From Hydrurus foetidus (Eukaryota): a stretch of DNA of 47,385 nucleotides. Location of the stretch: positions 1 to 47,385 of the forward strand of contig UYFQ01000557.1 in the NCBI GenBank assembly GCA_900617105.1, written 5' to 3'. Each line of letters begins with the position of its first letter. Position 1 is the first letter of the stretch. The notes under the pieces are model-generated. The model did not search any database and had not been told where the DNA came from. It worked only from the letters and a program-made list of their open reading frames with translations. Shown in pieces: positions 11,295-24,500 of the stretch. Position numbers and translations under genes: made by a program.

Positions 11295-13353
11295 TTATAT
11301 AGTGACAACCAAGGGCCCAGTGGCCGCTTCCTCGTCAATGGCGCTGTCCGCTGTGATATGATTGCTAGTCTGATTAGCGGGTGTTGTGTGTCTTGGAGAA
11401 GTGTCACTGCCGTTAAGCCCCTGGGAGTGCATGAGGGACACGGTGCAGTCGGAAGCATCGGTCTCGATCCCTCCACTGGAGACGGCTGTGGTGTTGTTTG
11501 CTGTGCAGTGCTGGTCCTCAAGAGGCCCCTCCGCCCCCACACAGGTGTGCGTCAGCAGAGCACCAAGAAGAGACAACACTGCACACACCGCCATGACGCA
11601 TGGATAGGAAGTCACGCTAGCCAAGGGTCCGAACAAATAGGCCCCAACGAATGCTCCGAGTTTACCGCACGCTGCTGCGATTCCACCGAAAGTCGCTCTG
11701 ATTTCCTTGGGAAATGTCTCGGCTGGCAAAACGAAACTGGTCACAGCGGGTCCTCCAGACACGGAGAAGAGCACGAGGCAATAGATGCCGTAGAGGATGT
11801 TTGGGTGTGCCTTCAGTAGGGTCTCGTACACAGCAGCGATGAGGGTGAAGGAGAAGGCGATGAGGAGGAACCCAGCTGTCTGCGTATTCTTAGTGCCTAG
11901 AGGGCGGAGCAGCAATATGCTTACTGCAACAGCAGGAATGCCCAGGCCGAGTGCGAAGACCTGTTTCATGCTCGTGTTGCGCAGTCTGGAAGGAGAGGAG
12001 ATGGACTCGCTGGACTTGGCACTGATGCTCGCTACGATCTCACCACCGAACAGCTGAACTCCGTCTGCATCGGAGAGAAGAAAGGGAGAGAAAGAGAGAG
12101 AGAGGATTGACTTTGTATCGGCGAGAGCAATTAATCAGTAAGGAAGAAGAGAAAATTGAATGGCATTAAAGTAATCGTCGCGAAGATGTCGATTGAATTG
12201 AATCGAGTGAGGTATAGATCGAATGTTCAGGTCCGCATGCTAGTCAACGTTAAGCACTTTCATCAGTTTTGGAGGCAGGCATTAGAGGATAATAGGGATG
12301 ACATAAAATCGTACTTACAGAAACAGACATCGAACAGAAACCAGCCTCCTCCGGTGTAAAGCACTTTGAACCAAACAACTCTATCCCGAAATGCCGCATG
12401 AAATGTGGCAGAAAGCTTGGCCTTTTTATCCTCGTCGATACACAAATCTGCTCTCGTGTTCACATCACTTACTGGAGGATCACCTCTGTCTTCTTTACTT
12501 TGGTTGGAATATTTAGCCTCTATCATAGATAAGGCGACAACACAAGTGGCTGGTATGGAACCGATACCGAGCAGCAGCCGCCACTGCAGATCCACCGACA
12601 AGCTAAGATAGGAGAAGACATAGGCGAGGGCCCAAGGTGTCATTGACCCTGGGACCTGCCAGAAAAACGCCAAGGCACTCCGTCTGGACCCAGCCATGAG
12701 ACTGTCGGCAGCACTCATTTCAGCGGCTGCACTGGAGCCCTCTAGATTCGTATTCGTTGCAGACGGTTTCTCTTTGTTGCCATCCTCCACTGCTTTTGCT
12801 GCACTTAAAGGATATACTCCACCCACCCCTGCTCCTAGAATAAATCGGCAGACTATGATGATTATATACACTGACGTCGGCGTTCCTTGAGGTAGCACAG
12901 CAGAGCACATTGCAGCAAGACTAGCGACGCTTAGCGTCAATATCATCGCCTTGTTGCGGTCCAGCACATCACCTAGGTAGCCCATCTGTGCGGAGCAATA
13001 CATTCCCATACGATGAAACCGACATTTTTTAGAATATGCAAACTTGACAGCCGGGAGCTCACCGTCAGTTGCCCCAGCATAGCGCCCGCGAACACAGTGG
13101 CAGTTGCTGCCCCCGCGACCCAATGGGCTTGCTTGCCCTCCATGCATTCGGCCTCTGTTGATGTGCACTGCTTGACGGACATTACCATGAGGCTGACTGC
13201 TATTGCTTGAAAATTATACTGGATACTAAAGTTTCCCATCGATGGGATAACTTTTGAGATTGTATAAATTAAAAGGGGATTGTTCCGTCTCATAGTTTTA
13301 AATTTTTCAGATTTTACTGATTCCGCTGTCACCAGTGTATAAGCAGCTGACAT
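11295..13353 (-). CDS. MFS transporter of the PHT1/Pho84 phosphate-transporter family; exons 13353-13063, 12985-12319, 12064-11295
   Basis: GQLT|MGYLGD, RFILGAGVGGVYPLSA, WRLLLGIG, WFLFDVCF|YG, FVLPAETFPKEIRATFGGIAAACGKLGA. Both GT-AG introns preserve frame. Confidence 0.88.
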
Positions 13354-13928
13354 CCTCGATGCTACTTGGGTTGATCACAAGTCATTCATCAAGCTTCCTG
13401 TCACGCACTCTTGTTTTTGTCATCGGCTTCCAATCTGAAGAAATCTCAACAACACGATGATGCAATCCCCAACTATTGCGGAGGCGACTTTGATTCTCTC
13501 TCTCTTCTAGACGATGGTTTGACTTATTGTAGGAAAAGGTTATGATCTCGACCTCTTCGAAAAATTATTGGGTTGAAGATTGATGTGGAGATACTGTACG
13601 CCATCGCAAGAAGGAAAGCAAATATTCATCTACGGAAGGAAGATTTCGGGTACAGTATACAGTATACAGAGAACAAGATCGATCCGATGCCTGATGCTGA
13701 AGGCTGAAGATGGAAGTGTGAGCCGCGAGACAAAGCATCATCTCATCTCCGCCCCGCCGTCCAAAATTGAGTCGCAGTCATCTTCGAGGCCGAGTGCGTA
13801 AGCGCGTGGTGACTTCGCCGCCGCTACCCGCTATTGCAATCGGGACATCGCTTCATGTGCCTTTTTAGAACGGACGACTAATCATAACGGTTGAGCTTCA
13901 TGTGGTAGAGCATATTCTCAACACACAA

Positions 13929-16900
13929 ATGGCTGACGGTATCTACGGGACGCCCTCATATAACGGCCCAAATGATGCACTCCAGGAAGCTCTCCGCAAA
14001 TTGGCGAATCTCGACGCTGAGAATTCTCTTCTCCGCAAACAAGTTTCAGATGCGAATGAGCGGAACGATGACCTAAATGTTTGTTTTAGAACTACTGAAA
14101 TTGAACTTAAGCATGCCATGAAGAAAGAAGTTGAGAGGTATCAAAAGGAAGCCAATATCAGGGTGAGTGACAGCATCCGAAGTATTTCATCTTGTGTAAT
14201 TGCTCACTTGCGTCCAAATGCATCAAAAAAATCTGGAATTGTTTCATGATTCTTCCAGGCCAGAGACATGGTATCCCTTAATAGGAATCATGCTGGGGCA
14301 CTCTCGCAAATTACGAATTTGAGGCAGCAATTGTTAAATCATCAGAAGCCACAACAACAGTCACAGTCGGAGATGATGAAGCTCAAAGTTGATCCCAATG
14401 GTTCAGGTGAGGAAAGGAGAGGCAATAGCCAGCGAAGTTACAGTAATAGCATTTCCTCAAAGTCAAATGAGTCTCTGCCCGCATCATCGCAGTCAGGAAG
14501 CAGTGCATATGCGCGCCACCCTCGTGCCAATAATGACAATACGTCGAGTTCAAATGATGGTGGTCATGTTGTCAATGCCGTAAAGATTATCGAATCTACC
14601 GTGAAGTCTGAGGTAAACAGTGACGCTGGCAAAAGCGCAGTATTTGCCGTTGACTTGCGTTGTCCAGCACCTGTGCATCCAGCATCTACTAGTGATGCTG
14701 TTTCTGTTTCTGCAGAGTTGGTAGACTCCAAGGTGGCAACTGCTGAAGTTAAAGCACCACATGTCTCTATCACAGTTATCAAAGCTGAGGGTGTTCGTAC
14801 AGAAACTTGCAATGTCCCCGTTCCAGAGAGTGTTGTGATACTAGGTAACACTGGGAGTTGCGAGTCAAGGCTGAATAATTTGAGATCAATTGTGCAAGAG
14901 TTGCTTATTTGCACAGCTTTACTCTCACAGAGGAAGTCTGACTGCGATAGGACAAGCGCCTCCGAGATTACGGACAGAAAAGCTTATTTCTTGCGCAATC
15001 TGAGGCAAACCAGCTGTTTTGCTGCGAAAGGAGCGTCAGAAAGTACTCTATCTGGATGTGTGGAGGATGTGCAGGAATGTTTTCGAAGACTCCTACACTC
15101 CCGCTCCCGACCCTTGTCTTTGCAGATCACCCGGAAGGGGTCACAGCAACCCAGCGAAAGGCTGCGTTTGACTCATTTAGCTATGTCTGTGTGCGACCTC
15201 TCGCGCTGTTTGTCATCTAACCTGATAAATGAAACGAGGCAGAGGAAGCTGAGGGAGATTGATAATGCTAGCCCTCCCTTCTTAAGACATCCATCAGAGC
15301 GGGGGGGAAAACAATCATTGGGAGATCATGTAGATCGTGACAAGGAATCTGTGCGCATCGATACTGATGGGACGGGCAAATCTCTCATGTACTGTCTCGC
15401 ATCTCTGTGTGCGGTAATAGATAACTTCACATCCACTGATATGGCAGCCATATACACCACCAGAAAGAGTCTGCAACAAGTCACAGCGATACATATCCCG
15501 GTAAACAGCAGTGGCGGCACATTAAACAGCTTTTGCTCATCATCAGGGGGTCGTGAGTCGAATCCCTCGCCGATGACGACAGATCTGAAGGGGAAGTTCG
15601 AGAAGGAAGCTGCGCTTGGTTCGATAGAGGCACAAACACCGCACAGGCAGAAGAGCTCAAGTGTTAGCGACGCAGAGGGACTCGGTGCTGCGAAGATATC
15701 GAGACAGACAAGCAGCGTTGGTCCTAAAGGTCCCGGTAATGTCACTCCAGGAGGCGCAACTACAGCTGCAATGTCCACCATCATGAAAGACAGAGGCTCA
15801 GCGCACAGAAACCAGTCTACCGCAGTGAGAGGAAATAGTGGCAGCAAGGCCAGTGTGACTTTCTCCCAGCAGGGTCAAGAAACCCCTCCAACGAGGAGCA
15901 AGAGGACCGGCAGCATGGACGAGGACAGTGCCCCTCCCTCCGCTTCCACTGTCATGGATGGGAGTGGCGGGTTGCAGAAGAGAGCCCGTATCAAGGGACC
16001 CCAACACCGAATGGGTGATCCATGCGCAGGATCAGGATCAACGCCATTTCCTCTGGCGTCACTGCACATGCCGAACATCCCTGGCGCTGTGCTGTCCACA
16101 ACATACGACGACTTCACCGCCTTCTCATTGAAATCAGACCTTGTGAAGTTGAGTGGAAGAAGCACGTCCGATTCTTCAGCTGCTGAAGTGTTACTGCCAG
16201 AACATGAGTTTAGCGTGCATTTCCCTGGTCGACTCGTCAGTGCACTGCAAGACATCATGAGTCTCCTGCACGCCCTAGCTCCCATAGGAGTAGGTGATGC
16301 TGACGATGAACAGATCCTGAGATCGAGCCTTCTCGGCATGTTGATAAGAATCATGGGCAAGATGTATAGAGGTATCGTCATCTCACCGATTTTTTCGCAT
16401 GATTTTGTCTGGTGTGAAAGAGAGTTGGATTCGCTATTGATTTGCTATTGACTTGAAGAGACGATTAGATCGTTCACCTCACGTCTCTCTCCTTCCTATC
16501 CCATCCCTTACTCCTCTTCTCTCCCCCTCTGTATGACGTATGTAGGTGACTCCACGGCGGACTCACTGTGTTCTTCAGAAGACCTCTTGCCCCTCTTGGG
16601 AGCATCAGTTGCACAGTCACAGTCAGGATTGCAATCCCAGCCACATGACCTGCATTACCATCAGTTCGACGTAAAAGGTTCTGCCCCATCATCATCAGCA
16701 GCAGCACAAAGTGGTATGTCGCTACCTCTTTTGTTCTCTTTTGCAGCCATCACCCCTCATCTGAGCGAGAAAGGGTCCAGTTCCGATGAGGCTGATGGAT
16801 TGCTCTGTTTCGAGAGGGCAGCGGTAGCAGGATGCAAGACGACATTGAGCGATTGTGCGAGACAGCAGCTTGATGCTGAGTCAGATCTACTTGCGATTCT

Positions 16901-17845
16901 GCTCGAGATTTTGAAGAATAAGAAAGCATTTCGACATTTTGCTGCTTGTCAGCTGAGACAGCAGCGAGATAGAGGTAGAGGTAGAGGTGGAGATGGGGAT
17001 TGTGAGATCACTTCCAGTCGAGGAGAGAGGAAGAGGTGCAGAGAAAGAGGGCTGGTTAGTCGTCTATGTCTGAGATTGCTTTTGAACGACACTGATAGAG
17101 GCAGCAGATGGAATGTTTCGAGTACAGGATCTCCAGGGCTATGTGTCCTTCGAGCGAAGCTGCAAGTACGTACTGTACAGAGCGTGATAAGCAATCAGTC
17201 AAGTGCATTCGACTTCCGTTATCATCTAATCTGTCAACACTTAACTTCACTCACTAGGTGGTCCGATTTCTATCCGGTCTAGTGGCTGCACACGGTCTAG
17301 AGGCGATCGCTGCTATCTTCGGAGTGGGGGAGCTGCCGTCATCCTCACCGCCACTGCCTCTATCACTGTCCACTCACACAGACTGCGCCCTTACAGCGTC
17401 CGCACCCAGGGTCGCCTCTAAAGCACATTGCTCCTCCTCTTCCTCCTCACCAGCAGAGGTGACTGAAGTAGGTGTCGCTAGAGGTGGCTCGCTCGACAAG
17501 CACAATATGAGGAGCGGGACTCATTCAGTGGACAACTCTGCAGTGCACTGTCTGTGTGTGTGCTGGATGCTGACTACGAGGACCTTGGATCTCTTCCCTC
17601 ACTCCCTCTGTCCATTCCCCTCCCCCGAGGGACTGCTTCTCGCTGAGTTAGCGGACGGAGTGGGGCGACTCTTGGACCTCATGGCGGGCCACCTTGCGCC
17701 TCAGCAGTGGAGCTTCTTGATAAACCTAAGGGGCGATGATGACGATGAAATGATCAGTCGACAGATGTCCAAAAGAGCTCTTCATAATGTCCACCCTGAG
17801 CTACTGCGTCAATGCAAAGATAACCCTATTTCTAACCTGTGGTAA
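13929..17845 (+). CDS. Hypothetical protein with N-terminal coiled coil and Ser-rich regions; exons 13929-14162, 14259-16371, 16546-17165, 17258-17845
   Basis: Four long ORFs joined in frame by canonical GT-AG introns. Heptad-like ALRKLANLDAENSLLRKQV. No family recognised. Confidence 0.7.
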
Positions 17846-18584
17846 CGAATATTATTCAAGTGTTATTCAAAGTGTTCGGGGTCAATCAGATTCTGTCACG
17901 CAGACTTTACTGTCTCTTTGATCGGATTCATGTCCTCATTTGGACGGAGAAAATTCGACCAACGTCCTCACAACTATTTGGCGCCATTTAGAAATTAAGT
18001 TTTTGATTTATGTCTCAGATGGAGGAATCGTGGTGTGTAATGCACCAAAATATTTCATCAAGTCGTCTGTATCCTGCTCAGAAGCACAAGTACTTGTCGT
18101 CAAAGTTTTCGATTAAACTTACGATGCTTGTGAAAAATTTGTAACAGATCTAGTGGAGTTCAAATTCATTACAAATAGCAGAGAAAAGAGCCTCTCACCA
18201 CCACGTTCTTCTGACTACCTCAAGAAATCTTACAATAGACAGGAGGATATGCATCCACGATTTCTCGCAGACTATTCTACCGTCGACTGTCCACGCAGAA
18301 AAGAAACCTCTCAACTCGAATATTAGATTTTTAAGAAAATGTGTTGAAAATCATGCAAATCTCCCCACCGCGGGTCTGGTCGGCCGGAGATTTGAGTTTT
18401 CAGTTTCAACATGTTCCGTACCCCGCCTGTTACACCTGATCGATCTCATGATCGTGATCTATTTGTGATACAACTTCCATCTATCTTTCGATGCAGAATC
18501 TTCTCCGCTCTCCCTTCCTTATAAGAGCTCAACTTTGGCTGATTAATCATATGATCGCAAGATACTTGATTGAGAAAAACTGAG

Positions 18585-21500
18585 ATGGAAACGTTGTTGG
18601 ATTTATTGCCTGTCAAGACTGGGCAACTTCGAGCTCGAGATGCGCTGCGACCATATGCTCCGTATGCCGCAGTACATGTAACTAAAGATCAGGGATTAAG
18701 AAAGACAAAATTTAAGAAAGGCGTCTTCCCATTGGACGAAATCAATCAGATGAATGGTATCATGCTTTCATCTTCTAGAATATCAGACGAAGCAAAAATG
18801 ACGAAAGAGGAAGCGGATACCGATATAAGCACAGCCGGCAGAGATGCCGATTTGAGAACTTCAGATGGGATTGTGGAGCAGCCAACTCCTCCTACACAAG
18901 TAAAGATACCATCTTCTGTTGAACGAATGCACAAATAGAGAAACATATATGCTGAACAGGTTTGGGAGTTAAACGCTTTACTCAATGCACCCATAGATCC
19001 TACTGGGGCAAGAAGAAGCATCGAATTTGATCGATCATAAGGATGCAGATATCCGCAAGTTGAGGGGGGAACTGCTGGTATCGAGGGAGCTCTCGAAGTC
19101 GCTGAAAGCTGTTCTGAAAACATTGAGGGCAGACACAGAGCTGAAACTCGGTACTGTACAGTGACAAATCTCTGCTGTCAGCCTGATACAGTGTTGAGTG
19201 ACTACCCACCAGAGTTGGTGCACAGCTGACTCTTTTACATTTCGCACTCCAGGTTGTCATCGGACAGAGTTGGAGGCTGCTGAACGATCTCAGCAATCTT
19301 CTGCGGGGCAGACTGCAGCACTGAATGACAGAGGTGCTCTGCACTCTGCATCAATCTCTCTCTCCATATGCATATGTGCAAGTATAGAAGTAACTACTTT
19401 CTGCTATCGTCTCGTATCTCATCCTATCCTAACCTGTCCTGCCCTTCCCTTTCGTCTTCTCTTCTTTCTCTGCTTTGCTCCGTGTAACATCGAAGTGAAA
19501 TCCCTGCAGTCGGCTCTTGAGTCTTCGCAGGCATCGGGCACATCCACCAGAGCAGCGCTAGCAGTGAGCGAGATAAAGCTGTCCGACATGTGCTCCGCAG
19601 CGAAGAGCAAGGACGCGGACTGGGCGAGGCAACTATCTCGCTTGAACGATGCCGGGTGAGAGTGAGAAATCAGTGTATCGTGGCATAGCATTACATTTAT
19701 TGAGAATGTTGCACTCCTTCAAATCATCAATTATTACTACTCATTAAGATGCGATATCTTCAGCAGACAAGCAGGATTGGAGAGTGTTGGTAGAGCGGCT
19801 GTAGAGACTGCCGTCAAGCTTCATTCTAGAATCAGCAGTGCGAAGAGTTCAAGATCTCCACAAGGTACGTATGTAGATATGAATTGCGCTCGAAATAATC
19901 TCCACTGCTGGCACACACAGCAGCGATATGCTGCTTGTAGCATGCTCCTGGTATGCTGATTGATGACATCAATTTTCTCTCTCTTTGCCAACAGTAGAAG
20001 AAGATAGCGCTCCACTTGAAGGAGAGAATCTGGATGGACGGGAACATGGAACTCAACCGGACGGTCCACTACAGAGAGCTGCGAGCATTAATAATGCTAC
20101 TTCTCATGCTAGTGCTCTCGACCGCCAAGCCTCCGTCACTACTGCACAGCCTGCTGCACCATCACTCGATGAGCAAGCTGCACTGAATATTGATCTGCAT
20201 CTCCGACACACCAAGCAGCTCGAGGCCCAGCGGTTGAGCTACGAGAATCAAATAGCTCTTCTTACTAAGACAGCGAAGAAAGACTTGGCTGCATTCGTAG
20301 GTGAGATTAGATTAGAAACATGACAAGACATGAGATGATAAGATATGACAAGATATGATATCAGTTAGAAATTGACTTATGTGGGATCTATTACCTCCCG
20401 CTCTACTGACCTGCTTCACCAGACCTCTTCAATAAAACAAGCAAACAAAGTTCTCTCACTCGCTTCCTGACATTTCTGACGGTATTAAACACTCTGTATC
20501 ACACTTTTCTACGATGCACTGCACCGCACCATACTATCATTATCCTTCACAACACAATACTGCATCATACTACACCATACTACACTACAGGATGTCAGCG
20601 GGCAGAGTTGGAGTCCGTTGAGCGATTCTCTCTGAAGCAGACAGTAGCACTCAATGACAGAGGTGCTATACACTATTCATCAAGCTATTTCTCCTTCTCT
20701 CTCTCTGTTATATGTGTGTATATATATGCATATACATCCCCCTCAGCCTCTCTATCTATCTATCTATCTGCCTGCCTGCCTCTCTATCTCTATCCCTCTT
20801 TATTGCTCTATCTACCTAGGAATGCTGATTGCTCTGCAAACACCTCTCATCCTATCCTATCCTATCTCATCCTATCCTATCCTGTCCTGCCCTTCCCTTT
20901 CGTCTTCTCTTCTTTCTCTGCTTTACTCCGTGTAACATCGAAGTGAAATCCCTGCAGTCGGCTCTTGAGTCTTCGCAGGCATCGGGCACATCCACCAGAG
21001 CAGCGCTAGCAGCGAGCGAGATAAAGCTGTCCGACATGTGCTCCGCAGCGAAGAGCAAGGACGCGGACTGGGCGAGGCAACTATCTCGCTTGAACGATGT
21101 CGGGTAAGAGCGGGTCATTTATCTTTGCAGTGATCACATTCCATAAACGGACACGTTGAGTTATCTCGCATCCTTCATCTGGGATAGGCGCGGAGGATCA
21201 TCTGGTGTCAGCAGAGAACAATCTCAGAGAGCCTCACATTCTAGAATCAGCAGTGCGAAGAGTTCAAGATCTCCACTAGGTACTTATGTGGATATCGATT
21301 GCACTCTATATGTAGTCTAGACTGGCTGCCACATGTACATCAGCTGCATACTGCATGGAGCATGCACTTGCTATGCGTTTTGATGATGTTGATTTTCTGC
21401 CGATGACAACGGCAGGTGAGAATGATGCCCATCCTGATACAGACCGAGACGCACTCCAGGAGGGTGCGCAGGAACACGGACCTCAACTGGATAGTTCTTC

Positions 21501-24500
21501 GGGCATCACTGCAATTGATCACGTACCCGTACTAGAGGTTGCGCCGCAGAGACAGTACAGCAGCTGGCCGGTGCAAGAGCCGTATAGAACATCTAATGCC
21601 CCTCCTATCAGCCGAACAGACCGACAGAAGGTGGCCGCGTATCATGCTAACAACAACGACTGTGAGATGTACGATTATCAACAAAAACAAGAATCAGTAG
21701 ATGATCAACAAAAACAGGAATCATTGATGGCGCGTAGAGATGGCGAATTATTCTCGGAGTCCAACATGGAGCGAGAACGAGAACGGACAGTCCTATCAGT
21801 TGGGTACTTACCTCTGTCGGGCACACTGAACACGGAACATGCACGACTTTCAGACAGCAGCACTCCAGATGGCTCGATGGTGGATAAAGGTGCACAGGGG
21901 GATGCAGGGGGAGAGCTGGGCATTATGAAGCACATCATGTCAAATGACACTATACGGAATGTGAGCTTGACAGGAGGGACGAGGCAAGTTGCTGGGCGCT
22001 CCCCTCGCCTGCATGTAGTCGACAACCCGCATGCCCTGCAGACCAAGAGCAGTTACCCTACTGAGATGTCGAAAGAAACAGGACCAACCTCGACTCAAGA
22101 TGTGTCCAATCGGACGACACAGTCTGCATCTACTTCTATTGTTTCGGAGAGTAACGAGAAGGAAACACACGCACTGATGAACAGCAGAGACCCAGCTTGC
22201 GCTGATGTCCGCGATAAACATGTGGGTGCACCTGCCATCATAACCAGATTGCATAGCGAATCTACGAGAGATAGAGATGACAGGGAAGTTATGCATGATG
22301 TAATCGATCAGATCCAGAGTCCGCAACAGAATAGTACAGAAATGCGACACAGTAGAAATGATGTACCACACAGAAATGATGCAGCGCGACACAGTAGAGA
22401 TGATGTACCACACAGTAACGAGGAGATGCGACACAGTAGAGATGAGGTACCACACAGTAACGAGGAGGTGCGACACAGTAGAGATGATGTACCACACAGA
22501 AATGATGCAGCGCGACACTGTAGAGATGAGGTACCACACAGTAACGAGGAGGTGCGACACAGTAGAGATGAGGTACCACACAGTAATGATGCAGGGCGAC
22601 ATAGTAGAGATGAGGTGCCACACAGTAACGAGGAGGTACGACACAGTAGAGATGATGTACCACACAGTAATGATGCAGCGCGACACAGTAGAGATGAGGT
22701 ACCACACAGTAATGAGGAGGTGCGACACAGTAGAGATGAGGTGCCACACAGTAACGAGGACGTGCTACACTGTAACAGTGGTTCACTGCATAATTCCATG
22801 CAGAGAGTTGAGAGCGTACATCTCTCAGCTGCTCCACATGCTAGTGCTTTTGACCGTCAAGCCTCCGTCACTACTGCACAGCCTGCCGCACCATCACTCG
22901 ATGAGCAAGCTGCACTGAATATTGATCTGCGTCTCCGACACACCAAGCAGCTCGAGGCCCAGCGGTTGAACTACGAGAATCAAATAGCTCTTCTTACTAA
23001 GACAGCGAAGAAAGACTTGGCTGCATTCGTAGGTGAGATGAAATCAAATGTTATCATGGCAACTGTTTGCATAGTCATGACATGACATGATATGACATGA
23101 CATGAAGTATCACATAACTTTTTGAAATCGTTTTTAAAATGACTGTATTGATGAATCCATATCTAAAGAGGTGTTGGCTGTCAGATCCAGAAGTGCTGAC
23201 CTATCCGATCATGAGCCAGTCGATGATGCGATGCAGGTAACTATACGGGTGGAGAGACAGACGTCTCTGAGAGCTGAGACGATTATAAGGGATAATCGGG
23301 TCCAGGGTCCTACCGACAGAACACCCCCAGTAGAGGAGGGCAGAGTCGTGTTGCTGAAGGGTATTGCATCATTGCCCCTCTCGGCTATTGATGTCATTGC
23401 TCTGAATCATAGAGAAGATCTTGCTGCCGTCACCGGTCCAACCTCTGATCCGCACCATGAGTTAAGCGGTCTCCTGCAACTGTTGAAAGAGGAGCTGCAG
23501 CTGATGCGGAGTGGTCCATCAGGAGGGGGCACTAGCAGTGCTGCTGATGAGATGGATCTCACTGCAGGTACTTCATGCGATGTGACTTTTGACACTATCC
23601 TCAATTCTATTCTTAAGTGCTCTTATATCGAATGTGCTGAAGTATTCGCAACCAACTTTTTATTCATATCTCATGAGTCCTAATCGCCTCATGCGTCAGT
23701 CAGAAGTTCCTTCATATTTACAGGACATGCTACTACGTACCGCTGATGACTGATAACAACGATACTTGATCGACAGACCGACTGCTGGGATGCATCGCCA
23801 GGACGGCTAGTCCGAGTCTAGCTGTTAGAGATGATGCAGTGGACCAGATAGGGAGCAATTCGGACGAAACACGATGGAACGCCACGTATCCCATTGATAC
23901 TGCTACCGGTGCTATTCATGGTACTATCCCACTCAGACACAGCGGCATCAGTAGCAATAGCAGCAGCAGTAATAGTGAACAGCCGAGCAATCTCAGCTCT
24001 GAGCATGATGACATCGCATCGACACCTGCACTACTGCAGAGTCCCGTAGATCCGTTAAAATTGGCAGTATTTCCCGCTCCCGTCCCAGCAACTGTCTCAC
24101 TTGCACTACCAGCTGTCACCAGCAGCACTGCATCTTCGAAAGCAGCGCACCCTGCAACAGTGCATCCAACGATGGATTCAATCGCACTGCCATCCACTCC
24201 TCGCCCCTTCTCCACTCTGTCTCTCTCTCAGCTCCCAGTACTCAGTCCGTTTCTATCGAAATCCCTTTCCACTCCCCCATCCCCATCTCTATCCCCATCT
24301 CTATCTCAGAATCCTTTTCCAACCCGCTTGATCCGCTCTATGTCTCTCGTGTCTCCTCTCCAGATATCTCTGCCTGCAAGCTTTTCCTCCTCGTCCATCC
24401 CTGCTGCTTACTATCCCTCATTGCCATCCATGTTGGAGATTAGACCCCTGCAGGTGGACCAGAGCACCAACACAGACCCTGAGGTAGCTCCTCCTCCAAG

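Noticed and set aside
21940..22918. Long alternative-frame and antisense ORFs over the 42-bp minisatellite
   Set aside because: Repeat-induced open frames; only the 21355 frame connects to flanking exons.
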